A DNA stretch of 64,000 nucleotides, from NCBI GenBank assembly GCA_963697705.1, contig CAVOPA010000010.1, positions 15,818 to 79,817 of the forward strand. The letters run 5' to 3'. Positions within the stretch are counted from its first letter, which is position 1; the number at the start of each line of letters is the position of its first letter. Shown one piece after another: positions 1 to 8,850 of this stretch. Under the pieces are notes generated by a model that was not told the origin of the DNA, did no database searches, and was given only the letters and a program-made list of their open reading frames with translations. The translations under genes and the position numbers were made by a program. This DNA comes from Vicinamibacteria bacterium. GTDB taxonomy: Bacteria > Acidobacteriota > Vicinamibacteria > Vicinamibacterales > JAENWD01.

Positions 1-738
1 AACACCCGCACATCCTGGGGGCCGGCGCGAGGGCTGATTACCTGCGTGCTGACCAGCTGCACCCGGTACGACCTGTTGCAGATCACGCTCGAGAGCTTTC
101 TGAGCGCGAACACCGCGCCGCTGGAGAAGTTGATTGTCGTCGAGGATGGCCCTGCCATTCCAGCAGAATTTCGTAAGAGTTTTTCGCGCTCTGGGGTCAC
201 TTGGCTCTCGACAGGTCGCAGAGTGGGCCAGATCGCCGCCGTCGATTACGCGTATTCGCATGTCACGACACCATACATCTTCCACATGGAAGACGACTGG
301 GAATTCTATTGGCCCGGCTTCATTGAGAAATCACTCGCGGTCCTCGAGGCGAACCCAAAGTGCCTATTGGTGCAGATCAGGGCGCTCGACGATACCAATG
401 GCCATCCCGTGGAGCCTCATACCTACTGCGACCAAGGCGTCGAGTGGAGGCGGTTAGCCCTTGAATTCCGTGACCAAGAGACCTGGCATGGATTCTCGTT
501 CAATCCCGGGTTGCGGCGGCTTGCCGATTACGTGTCGATTCAAGGATATGGCATACACACCAGGTTCGACCCGGGGCGGCCAGGGGCATCCGAAAGTGCT
601 GTTGGCGAGATCTACCGAGCCAGAAACTTCTACGCCGCGATCCTGGCTGACGGCGATGGTGCCGGGTACGTCCGGCACATCGGGCATGGTCGACACGTAT
701 TAGGCCCCGGGGCCGGGGTGGTTAATATTCTCCGATAA
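1..738 (+). CDS. GT-A fold glycosyltransferase (family 2-like), 5' end probably outside the window
   Basis: Frame 1 is open from base 1 (NTRTSWGPARGLITCVLTSCTRYDLL...), so the listed GTG at 46 is probably internal. LIVVEDG and HMEDDWEF (DxD-like) motifs are typical of GT-A enzymes. Stop at 736-738. Confidence 0.7.
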   Translation, partial: NTRTSWGPARGLITCVLTSCTRYDLLQITLESFLSANTAPLEKLIVVEDGPAIPAEFRKSFSRSGVTWLSTGRRVGQIAAVDYAYSHVTTPYIFHMEDDWEFYWPGFIEKSLAVLEANPKCLLVQIRALDDTNGHPVEPHTYCDQGVEWRRLALEFRDQETWHGFSFNPGLRRLADYVSIQGYGIHTRFDPGRPGASESAVGEIYRARNFYAAILADGDGAGYVRHIGHGRHVLGPGAGVVNILR

Positions 739-887
739 CAAAAGACAGGGCTTGCCCCTACGCCGCCGACCCTGCACAGTTCCAATCAGGATGGGTCTGG
801 CCGGGGCTGGTTCGAGCGAGTCCCTCACAGCTCTCGACGGGCGTCGGGCTTCGGACGGACGGTGAGGGGAGCGCCATTTGCCGCCTT

Positions 888-2801
888 TTACCGGGGAGAC
901 GGTCCTGCAGCCAAACGACAAATCGCCTTCTCGTGGTCCGCGATCGTCGCCTCGCGTGCTTCCAACGTGGTACGCAGCCACTCGATCGCCTTGTCGCGCT
1001 CGGCGACGGTCGCCTCTCGGTCCGCCAGCGCACCCCGGAGCCATGCAATTCCTGTCTCGTGTTCCGCAATCTGGGCGTCCCTGAGCGACACCACCTCCTG
1101 CAGCCACGCGATCGCCCGTTGCTGCTCCTCGAGGCATCCGTCACGTTCGTGAATCAGACGCCGCAGGAAACCGATCCCCTGTTCCAAACGGAACGTGCGC
1201 ACCGCAGGCGATCCCGCCGGCAGCGACTCCTCGGGAGACAGCTTCTGCAGCACCACGAGACTGCCGGCACGCGCGACCTCACGGTAACGTCCGGAGGCCA
1301 GGGCCTCCTCGACACAGGCGTTCACGCGGGGAAACGAGTCATAGGCGTTATGGAATACGATGCAACCGCGCACCGGAACAAATGACTCGAAATGTGCGAA
1401 GTCGCGGCGGACGCCTTCTTCACCGTGCTGCTCGTCGAGGAAGAGGAGATCGGCCGGCGGGGTCCGTGTGACGGCGAACGGGCAGCGTGGGATTACCTCC
1501 ACGACGTCCGCCACGTCGGCCTCGGCCACGTGTCGACGGAGCGTCTCGAGCATGGGCGCGCCCGCCCCGGCGCCGAGCGCGCGGTCGCCGACGCCTCCGT
1601 TGTGTGGTTCGATCACATGAACCCGGCCGGCGCCGGCGGAGGCCTTCAGGACGCTCGCCAGCGCCACGGTTGACTGTCCACAGTAACTGCCGACCTCGAC
1701 AATCGAGGCGGACGGACGGTCCGTCGCGACACGCCAGGCGGCGGCCATCAGCAGCCGAGCCTCATCGTCGCGAAGCTGGCCGTCGATGCCACGGATGCGC
1801 GCGAGAATCGTCGAGAACAGCGGTGCATCCACGCGCAGCTCTCGTCCTGTGATTGGCTGACGTGTCACCGTCTCCTGCGCACGCCCGCCAATCGCCACTG
1901 AAGACGGCGTGGAGGACACGGCAAGGTCCACCAGCGCAGACGCCTTTCCAAGCCACGGCGCGATCAGATCGACCAGCCGTGCGTCCCGGACCAGCGGATG
2001 ACTCGACCCGTACACGTCGAGCCGATCGTCGGCATAGCTGTTGGCGGCCCACTCCGGATCGAGCAATCCGGCACCGGCGAGACGCCGCCAGCGCACGACA
2101 TGCCACCAACGATCCTGGTGAAGGCCATCGAGGCTGGCGATGAACTCCCCCTTCGCCTGGAGTGCGGCCCGGGACCGCAGCGGCGCATGCAGGCAGACGA
2201 TGGCCGCCGCAGCCGAGCGCGGCCCGTCGATGCCCGAGGCCCCGTGGTTTCCTTCCTCGATCTCCAGGGCAACCGTCGCGCGACTGACCCACTTGGGCGG
2301 GTACATCATCTCCACGAACGCAATCTGGTTCTGTTCGACGAGGTCCGGCGCAACCTCCACTGGACCCACTTGAGACGGCGGACGCCTGTTCATATGGAGG
2401 AGGGCGTCGGCAGCAAATCGATTTTGACTTCGCCGCTGAACGAAGTTGATGACCTCGACGCGAAGTGCGCCCGCCGGCGAACCTTGCAACTCGCTGCGCA
2501 AGTTCCCGGTGTCGCCCCACCAGAACTCATCCGCGTCGATCGGCAGCACCCAGTCGGCACCACCGAGGTACGCCTCGCGCGCCAGCTCTGTGAGAAGCTG
2601 GGACTGGCGAGCGGGGCCCGAATCGATCGTCCAGCGGATCGGCCGATCGCGCGCCAGGAGCCCGAGCACCGCGCCGGTCCCGTCCGTGGATCCGTTATCG
2701 ACGATAAGGAACCGATCGACGCCCATCGAGAGGTGGTGCAGCACGTTCAGCGCGAGTATGTCCACCTCGTTCCGCACGATCATCACGGCCCAGAGCTGCA
2801 T
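888..2801 (-). CDS. Three-part glycan-modifying protein: GT-A glycosyltransferase + class I SAM methyltransferase + C-terminal coiled coil
   Basis: 637-aa ORF. N-terminus MIVRNEVDILALNVLHHLSMGVDRFLIVDNGSTDGT is GT2/GT92-like. VEVGSYCGQSTVALA...LLFLDEQHGEEG...IVFHNAYD is a Methyltransf_24-like SAM fold. The last ~90 aa form four ~21-aa repeats. GGAGG lies ~5 nt upstream of the ATG at 2801. Confidence 0.8.
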   Translation of the reverse strand: MQLWAVMIVRNEVDILALNVLHHLSMGVDRFLIVDNGSTDGTGAVLGLLARDRPIRWTIDSGPARQSQLLTELAREAYLGGADWVLPIDADEFWWGDTGNLRSELQGSPAGALRVEVINFVQRRSQNRFAADALLHMNRRPPSQVGPVEVAPDLVEQNQIAFVEMMYPPKWVSRATVALEIEEGNHGASGIDGPRSAAAAIVCLHAPLRSRAALQAKGEFIASLDGLHQDRWWHVVRWRRLAGAGLLDPEWAANSYADDRLDVYGSSHPLVRDARLVDLIAPWLGKASALVDLAVSSTPSSVAIGGRAQETVTRQPITGRELRVDAPLFSTILARIRGIDGQLRDDEARLLMAAAWRVATDRPSASIVEVGSYCGQSTVALASVLKASAGAGRVHVIEPHNGGVGDRALGAGAGAPMLETLRRHVAEADVADVVEVIPRCPFAVTRTPPADLLFLDEQHGEEGVRRDFAHFESFVPVRGCIVFHNAYDSFPRVNACVEEALASGRYREVARAGSLVVLQKLSPEESLPAGSPAVRTFRLEQGIGFLRRLIHERDGCLEEQQRAIAWLQEVVSLRDAQIAEHETGIAWLRGALADREATVAERDKAIEWLRTTLEAREATIADHEKAICRLAAGPSPR

Positions 2802-2913
2802 CGCCCTCCTCAGCTACCGCCGCGACTGCAGCAGGAAATAGAAATAGACGACACGCTGCGGATCGAGACGGACCAGAAGACTGAAACTCCCGAGTGGCCG
2901 CCTCCATTGACAT

Positions 2914-4449
2914 TCACCGAGGAGCCACGTCCACCGCCCGGCGCATGAGCCGGTGCAGTAGCGGAGACCACCGCTTCAATGCGTCATTTCCGCGCTCGGC
3001 CAGCCGGTGGCGCGGTTGCCGCAGCAGCTCGCGGAGGACCTCCACCTCTGCGCAGGCGTCGTTCGCTGCCTGATCGAAATGGCGGAGCGCCTCTGAGTGT
3101 TCGGCGCGTAGCTGGTTCACCCGCACCTCAGACTCGACCGTCAGGTGCTTCACTCGCACCTCATGCTCGCGCTTCAGGTGCTCGTTACGCTCATCGCCGG
3201 CCGCGACGGCCTCGCTGAGCGCCTGAACTGTCATTGCGGACTCCTCGGCGCGCGCGCGAAGCTCGATCAAGGCATCGTCTCGGACCGCCACGTCGCGCAC
3301 GCGTTGCTCCAGCTCCCGTTCAAGGTGCGCCACGTACGACTCCGCATCTGCGTTCACCCGCTTCAGATTCGCGCACTCCTCTTCGAGCGTGACGAGACGC
3401 GCGCCGCGCGACACGATCTCCTCGTCCCGCTGCCTGACTGCTTGTTCGAGGTGCTGCATGTGCTCGTGTGCCTCAGTCCGGAGATGCGTGAGCTGGACGC
3501 AGGCTTCCTCGAGCTCCTTCAGGCGTGCGTCGCGCGTGGCAATCTCCCGCTGCAGATCCGGCACCGCGCCGGCCTCGCGCGCGATCACCTGCTCGAGTTC
3601 CTCCGCCCGTTTCCGCTGGCTCCCGAGCTCCGCTTCGAGATGTCGCGCGTATCCCTCAGCGCGGTCGAGCGTTCGCGTCAGCTCGTCGATCCGCGCGTGC
3701 TGCCGCTCGACGAGCATGGCTCCCGCAGACACGCCGCTCCCGGCCCCGTTGACTGGTTCGGCGATGACGAAGAACTGGTACGTGAGCGCATCGGCGTCGT
3801 TCTCGAGGGCACTTCGGATCGATTCGGGGATCGCGCCGAGATCGAGCTCGAATTCCGTCTGATCGAGGTGGCGGATGACCCTGAGCTTGCTCTGGGCACG
3901 GAAGCCGGCCTTTTCGACGAGCTCGTCGACCGCGGCGGCATCGAAGAACCGGAGGTGTCCTCGATCGAGCAGTCCGCTCTCACGGTAGCGGAACTTACCG
4001 CTCAGAAGCTCGAGCCGAAGGGCGCCATGAGCGACATTGGGGATCGACAGAAACACCTGCCCGCCCGGGGCCAGGGCGCTCACAGCATTCGCGAGCGAGG
4101 CCGCAGGATCGCGGAGATGCTCCAGGACGTCCAGGAATAGAACGGCGTCGAACGACGTACCCGGGAAGGCGCCCGGGAAATCGAGTGTCTCGACGTCCGC
4201 CTCAACGACATCGACGCAGTGCTGCCGCGCGATGTTCGCGGCCCGCGGGTCGATCTCGACGCCCCACACGCGACAGCCGCGCGCGCTCAGCGCGTCGGCC
4301 ACAATTCCTCTCCCGCACCCGACATCCAGCACCGTCGCGCCAGGATGAATCGAGAGGACGGCCAGCGTGTGCGGACTGTTGAGATCCGCGAGGTCCACCG
4401 CGGGAACCGGATCCGGGGCGCGACGGCGCCAGTGAGGGGCGAGCGACAT
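2914..4449 (-). CDS. Class I SAM-dependent methyltransferase with ~280-aa C-terminal coiled-coil tail
   Basis: VLDVGCGRGIVADALSARGCRVWGVEIDP, FDAVLFLDVLEHLRDP and LAPGGQVFLSIPN motifs, followed by an uninterrupted charged heptad-like sequence to the C-terminus. Start chosen at ATG 4449 because the minus strand reads TGAGGAGAGCGCGATG (stop of upstream gene, GGAGAG SD, ATG). The longer listed ORF start at 4632 would overlap the upstream gene by 170 nt. Confidence 0.8.
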   Translation of the reverse strand: MSLAPHWRRRAPDPVPAVDLADLNSPHTLAVLSIHPGATVLDVGCGRGIVADALSARGCRVWGVEIDPRAANIARQHCVDVVEADVETLDFPGAFPGTSFDAVLFLDVLEHLRDPAASLANAVSALAPGGQVFLSIPNVAHGALRLELLSGKFRYRESGLLDRGHLRFFDAAAVDELVEKAGFRAQSKLRVIRHLDQTEFELDLGAIPESIRSALENDADALTYQFFVIAEPVNGAGSGVSAGAMLVERQHARIDELTRTLDRAEGYARHLEAELGSQRKRAEELEQVIAREAGAVPDLQREIATRDARLKELEEACVQLTHLRTEAHEHMQHLEQAVRQRDEEIVSRGARLVTLEEECANLKRVNADAESYVAHLERELEQRVRDVAVRDDALIELRARAEESAMTVQALSEAVAAGDERNEHLKREHEVRVKHLTVESEVRVNQLRAEHSEALRHFDQAANDACAEVEVLRELLRQPRHRLAERGNDALKRWSPLLHRLMRRAVDVAPR

Positions 4450-4459
4450 CGCGCTCTCC

Positions 4460-6454
4460 TCACTGACGCGGGGGATGAGCGTCATAACGGTTCTCCTCGA
4501 TCGAATCAGCCAATGTCTGGCGCCACGTACATCCCGGGGCGGTCTGCCACCGATCGAGCACGCGACCGATCTGACGGCGCTGCGCGTTCCACGCCTGCTC
4601 GTCGCGGTACAGCCGGAGCACCTGACCAGCAAACGTGTGCGGATCGTTGGCCACGATCACCCCGCGCGAATCGGCGATGGCGAGACCCTCGGCCCCCACG
4701 GACGTCGCGACCACGGGGACGGCATGCTGCAGGGTCTCCAGGTACTTGATCTTGACTCCGGCGCCGAAGCGCATCGGAACGACCACCACGCGCGCGGCGG
4801 CGTACGCATCGCCAAGGTTCGGCACGAACCCCACGAACTCAACGGCCGGGTGGGAGACGGCGCGTGCGGCCGGCGGCGGGTCTGCGCCGGTCACCCGGAG
4901 CCGGAGATCGGGCTCCGTCTCCAGCAGCAACGGCAACACGTCGGCGGCGAACCACCGCAGCGCGTCGACGTTCGGACTGGTGTCGCCGGCGAGCCATGCC
5001 GGTGTAAAGAGCAGGTCTGACCGTTCGGAGAACGAGGTGGCGGTCGGCACAACGCCGCGGGCGACAGGCCGGATCACGTCGACGGGACAGCCGCCGATGC
5101 TCTGCAGGATCGCGGCTTCTTCCGACGAGACGCAAACGATGCGATCAGCCTCCCGCGGGATCGCTCGTTCGACATCGCGCAGCGCCAGCATCTCGCTCCA
5201 GCGGCGCCCTCGCGCGATCTCATCGGTCACCAGATCCAGCTCGCGGCGGATTCGGCGGTAGAACAGTGATTCGGCGAGGTAGATGAGCCTGGCCTGCGGC
5301 TGCCAGTGGCGAGCGACGGATGCGTAGCGCGCGAAGTTGTGCGGGCGCGAGATCATCACGACATCGAACAGTTGAATTCGATCGCGCAACACCTGCTCCG
5401 GCGTCTCACGACTGACGTGCACGCCCATGTCGGCCAGCCTGTGGAGGTCTCCATCGAGACGTTCACTGGCGGCCACGCTGATCGTGTAACCGTCCGCCGC
5501 GACCTCGTCGATCGCGTCGAACATCACGCTGAAACCCGAACCCGAGCCGCGCTGCGGAGGCCGATCGTCGATGAGCAGCAGACGGCGCGCACGTGGTCGA
5601 CCGCCGCGGTCGGTCGCGCGCGCGACCGACCGTGGATCGACGGGCGCCGGCGCGTCACGTCCGGCCAGCTCCGCACGCCATTTCTGCTTGAAGAGCTCCC
5701 GGTGGCGTAGCATCAGGAACTGCTTTCGGTCCGATGTGCTGCTGGAGCTTTCCTGATGCACCGCCCGCGAGCGGGGTTGAAACAATGTCTTGTAGCCGAG
5801 CCGCGCGAGGCTGAAGCACAGATCGACGTCCTCGTAATACCCCGGGAAGTATCGGTCATCGAAGCCCCCGACCGCGTTCCAGAGATCACGCCTGACCAGG
5901 AGCGAGCATGCGGAGCAATAGTCGACCGGCCGAACGAAGTTGTGACGGCTGGATTCGAGTATCGCGCCGCGACCAACCGCGAGCGTGGAGCCATCGCTCC
6001 ACACGATCGCGCCGGCATCCTGGATCGTCCCGTCCGGAAACAGCATCAGACTGCCCACAGCGCCGGCCTCGGGATGCAAATCCGCCGTCTCGACGAGCGC
6101 GTCGAGCCAACCAGGTTGAACCGCGACATCATCATTGAGACAGACCACGTACTGTCCGCGGCTGACTCGCGCGCCGAGATTGCTGCCACCGCCGAACCCG
6201 AGGTTCACACGGGCGGAGAGCACTCGAAGCGCGGAGGCCGCTGGCGCAGTGAGGCGTTCAAGACGCTCGGGCCCGAACGGCGCGTTCGCCACGACGAGAA
6301 TCTCGTACGCAATGCCGTTACCGACGTTGGCCCTTATCGACTCGATGCAGCGCTCCAGCCACTTGTTCCCAAGTGTCGCAATCACGATAGACACGCGCGG
6401 CTCGGACATAGAGGGGCACTGTACGGCTGGGTTCGCCGCTATCGACGACAGCAT
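4460..6454 (-). CDS. Bifunctional glycosyltransferase (N-terminal GT2 domain fused to C-terminal GT4/GT1-type domain)
   Basis: 664-aa ORF. PRVSIVIATLGN...CLNDDV...YYEDVDLC marks a GT2 domain. VVPMRFGAGVKIKYLETLQHAVPVVATSVGAEGL marks a group-1 GT C-terminal region. The start could be 6454 or the internal ATG at 6409 (MSEPRV); neither has a clear SD. Confidence 0.8.
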   Translation of the reverse strand: MLSSIAANPAVQCPSMSEPRVSIVIATLGNKWLERCIESIRANVGNGIAYEILVVANAPFGPERLERLTAPAASALRVLSARVNLGFGGGSNLGARVSRGQYVVCLNDDVAVQPGWLDALVETADLHPEAGAVGSLMLFPDGTIQDAGAIVWSDGSTLAVGRGAILESSRHNFVRPVDYCSACSLLVRRDLWNAVGGFDDRYFPGYYEDVDLCFSLARLGYKTLFQPRSRAVHQESSSSTSDRKQFLMLRHRELFKQKWRAELAGRDAPAPVDPRSVARATDRGGRPRARRLLLIDDRPPQRGSGSGFSVMFDAIDEVAADGYTISVAASERLDGDLHRLADMGVHVSRETPEQVLRDRIQLFDVVMISRPHNFARYASVARHWQPQARLIYLAESLFYRRIRRELDLVTDEIARGRRWSEMLALRDVERAIPREADRIVCVSSEEAAILQSIGGCPVDVIRPVARGVVPTATSFSERSDLLFTPAWLAGDTSPNVDALRWFAADVLPLLLETEPDLRLRVTGADPPPAARAVSHPAVEFVGFVPNLGDAYAAARVVVVPMRFGAGVKIKYLETLQHAVPVVATSVGAEGLAIADSRGVIVANDPHTFAGQVLRLYRDEQAWNAQRRQIGRVLDRWQTAPGCTWRQTLADSIEENRYDAHPPRQ

Positions 6455-6650
6455 AATGGTGAGCGAGCGCGCCGGCCGGGTCGCTGTCGGCGCCGGATCG
6501 TGGCGACATTATACATACGCTGTCGACCACCAGGCGAAGCGCAATTCGTACACCGATCGATGTTCAGCACGCGAACGACCCAGCAATACAGCTGAGAGCC
6601 TCGTCTCAGACCGTATAGCGAAAGGCGCACACCACGAGAAAGAATGGACG

Positions 6651-7210
6651 ATGGCAAGATTCCTGTTCACGATGCTGGCCGGTCAACGATCTTGGCCTGC
6701 CGACGCGCCTGGTGCCGATCGCACGCGTTCTCGCCGATTGTGGGCATGATGTCGCAGTCTTCAACCCCGCCCCAGCGCCGGCCCGCCTGATCGAAGCAGC
6801 GGGGCTCAATAACGTGCCGATGCCTTCGCGCTCGATTCCGGATCCGCCGTTTGATCTGGCGAAGGCCAGCCAGGCTTGGGACGTGGAGGAGTTTTTTGGG
6901 GTGGCTTTTGCCGATGAGGAATTTCTGCGCGCGAACACGGCGCTTCACCTCGATCTGATCCGCGAATTCAAACCTGACGTGGCCGTCGATTCATTTGGCG
7001 TCTTCGCCTGCCTCGCGGCGCGGATTGCGCGTGTCCCGCTCGCGACGGTGCTTCCAGGGAAGTTTCTATCCGGCGAGGCGATGGCTTTCGCTGGTGGGCG
7101 GGCGAACGGCCGGCCCATCTGCCGAGCATCACCCCGCTCATAGACACGGTCGCCAGCGAATATGTCGCCTGGTTCCATCTTCATCGTGAAGGTCTGGGGA
7201 TTCCCGAGTT
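6651..7210 (+). pseudogene. Truncated, frameshifted MGT/GT28-type (GT1 family) glycosyltransferase
   Basis: MARFLFTMLAG at 6651 continues as NDLGLPTRLVPIARVLADCGHDVAVFNP only after a 1-nt shift near 6683. After ...ARVPLATVLPGKF a second shift is needed to read GFRWWAGERPAHLPSITPLIDTVASEY. Only ~185 of the ~400 aa expected for this family remain. Confidence 0.7.
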
Positions 7211-7661
7211 GACCGACGTGGTCTTCCATGTGCCGACAAGACCGGCGCTGCCGGACGTCCGCGTGTACGTCGTCGTGTCGTCGAACTTCTCGCCATCGGG
7301 ACGAGTTCCGAATTCATGGACGGTGAGCGTGTTGTCGTTCCCGGAGAGCTTCCAGTCCGACTGGCTCAGTTCTTTTCCGTTGCACCATCGGTTTCGTGGT
7401 AACTGCCGTCGGCCTGCTTCTGGATCGCTACCATGGCGCCGGTGGGCGTGCCGGTCTTCGTGCCGTCGATCTTCACCGTGCAGGTGAATGCCGGCTTGAC
7501 GAACTTGATGGCGCCGCTCGCGGCGTCTTCGATCGCCATCGTCGTGGCGGTGAAGTTCTCTTCTCCTGATTGAGCGTCCAGTTCGCCTCGAATGGACTCT
7601 GCGCAGACACCGAAGAGGCGAGGGCGATTACGAACACGAGCCTTGCGATGGTCGTCTTCAT
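7150..7661 (-). pseudogene. Small secreted lipocalin-like/beta-barrel protein, at least three frameshifts
   Basis: GGAGG plus 7 nt plus ATG at 7661, with signal peptide MKTTIARLVFVIALASSVSAQ. The sequence continues across frames: ...EANWTLNQ / EENFTATTMAIEDAASGAIKFVKPAFTCTVKIDGTKTG... / GKELSQSDWKLSGNDNTLTVHEFGTRPDGEKFDDTTTYTR... / NPQTFTMKMEPGDIF. The 3' end collides with the GT1 remnant. Confidence 0.6.
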
Positions 7662-7911
7662 GCCGCATCCTCCGGTTGCCGGCGTGAGTGGGTGTAAGTG
7701 CCCGGATTATCTGCTGCGGCTGGGGGCGGCGGGTCTGAGAACGGGCCTTGTGTCGCCCCCCCGGCTAATAATTCCTATCGTCCCTCGCCGGCGCCGTCCC
7801 ATGCTGCGGTCCGTGGGGCGCGGCGCCGCGGGAGGTCTGCGAATTGTCTGGCGGCTGCGGTAGAATCCGCACGCGCCTCATGCACTCACAACGCGCAGCG
7901 GCCCGGCCGCT

Positions 7912-7968
7912 GTGATCGGACGAACGCTCGCGCACGACCGTGTCCTGTCGAAGTCTGGCGAACGCGGC
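7912..7968 (+). pseudogene. Degenerate 5' fragment of a Ser/Thr kinase gene
   Basis: GTG-initiated [19 protein letters not shown] resembles the N-terminus [23 protein letters not shown] of the next fragment. No kinase sequence follows. Confidence 0.35.
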
Positions 7969-8042
7969 CGGCTTCTGTTCGCCGGGCGATCCCTGTGCGA
8001 ACGACGGCGAGGCCTCGCCGTAGCCAAGATGAGGACACGCCA

Positions 8043-8622
8043 GTGATCGGCCGGTCTCTGGCTCACTACCGCGTCCTGTCCAAGCTTGGCGTAGGCGGGA
8101 TGGGCGAGGTCTACCGCGCGACCGACACGAAGCTGGGACGCGAAGTGGCGATCAAGGTGCTGCCGGCCGGCGTGCGCGCGACCCTGAGCGCCTGGCGCGG
8201 TTCGAGCGGGAAGCGCGGTTGCTCGCGTCGCTCAATCACCCCAATATTGCCGCCATCTTCGGGATCGAGCACGCCGAGGACGGGCCGTTCTCGCGCTCGA
8301 ACTGGCCGAGGGCGAGGACCTCGCGGAGCGGCTGTCGCGCGGGCCGATTCCGATCGACGACGCACTGCCGATCGCGCGCCACGCGGGACCGAAGATGATG
8401 GCCGCTCAGGTGCGCACCGACCCGGCGCTCGAGGTGTCGGCGCCCCGGACGCTGTTCGCAGGGCCGTACGAGGTCCTGGACGGCCCCCTCAACTACGACG
8501 TGACCGCCGACGGCCGCCGGTTCCTGATGGTCAAGATGGAAGGATCCGAGACGCCGACCGACTTGCGGATCGTCACCGGTTGGGAACAGGAATTGCGCAA
8601 GGCGTTGCCGGTGACGCGATGA
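8043..8622 (+). pseudogene. Ser/Thr protein kinase remnant (two frameshifts plus a large internal deletion)
   Basis: [43 protein letters not shown] / [36 protein letters not shown] / [31 protein letters not shown] is read across three frames. It then joins directly to a C-terminal propeller tail ...[41 protein letters not shown]. Catalytic-loop and DFG regions are absent. Confidence 0.75.
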
Positions 8623-8632
8623 GGACGCTGCC

Positions 8633-8693
8633 GTGATCGACACCTCATTCGCCCACTATCGCGTTCTGGCCCAGTTGAGTGTCGGCGGAATGG
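8633..8693 (+). pseudogene. 20-codon 5' fragment of a Ser/Thr kinase gene, cut off by a REP array
   Basis: [23 protein letters not shown] is followed immediately by REP sequence (ggctgaaggcgggcac). Confidence 0.5.
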
Positions 8694-8827
8694 CTGAAGG
8701 CGGGCACAACCGCATTCCATATGCACGGCCCGCCTGAAGGCGGGCACTACAGGGATCACAGCTTGCTTCGCGTAGTGCCCGGCTTCAGCCGGGCCGACAC
8801 CGCGTAGTGCCCGCCTTCAGGCGGGCC
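8692..8827. repeat. REP array A (family 1; GTAG-headed 24-nt hairpin units)
   Basis: Partial forward unit at 8692-8710 and forward unit ggcccgcctgaaggcgggcactac at 8727-8750. Spacer agggatcacagcttgc. Reverse units gtagtgcccggcttcagccgggcc at 8772-8795 and gtagtgcccgccttcaggcgggcc at 8804-8827. Confidence 0.85.
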
Positions 8828-8850
8828 GTGTCTTCAACACGCCGTCACCC

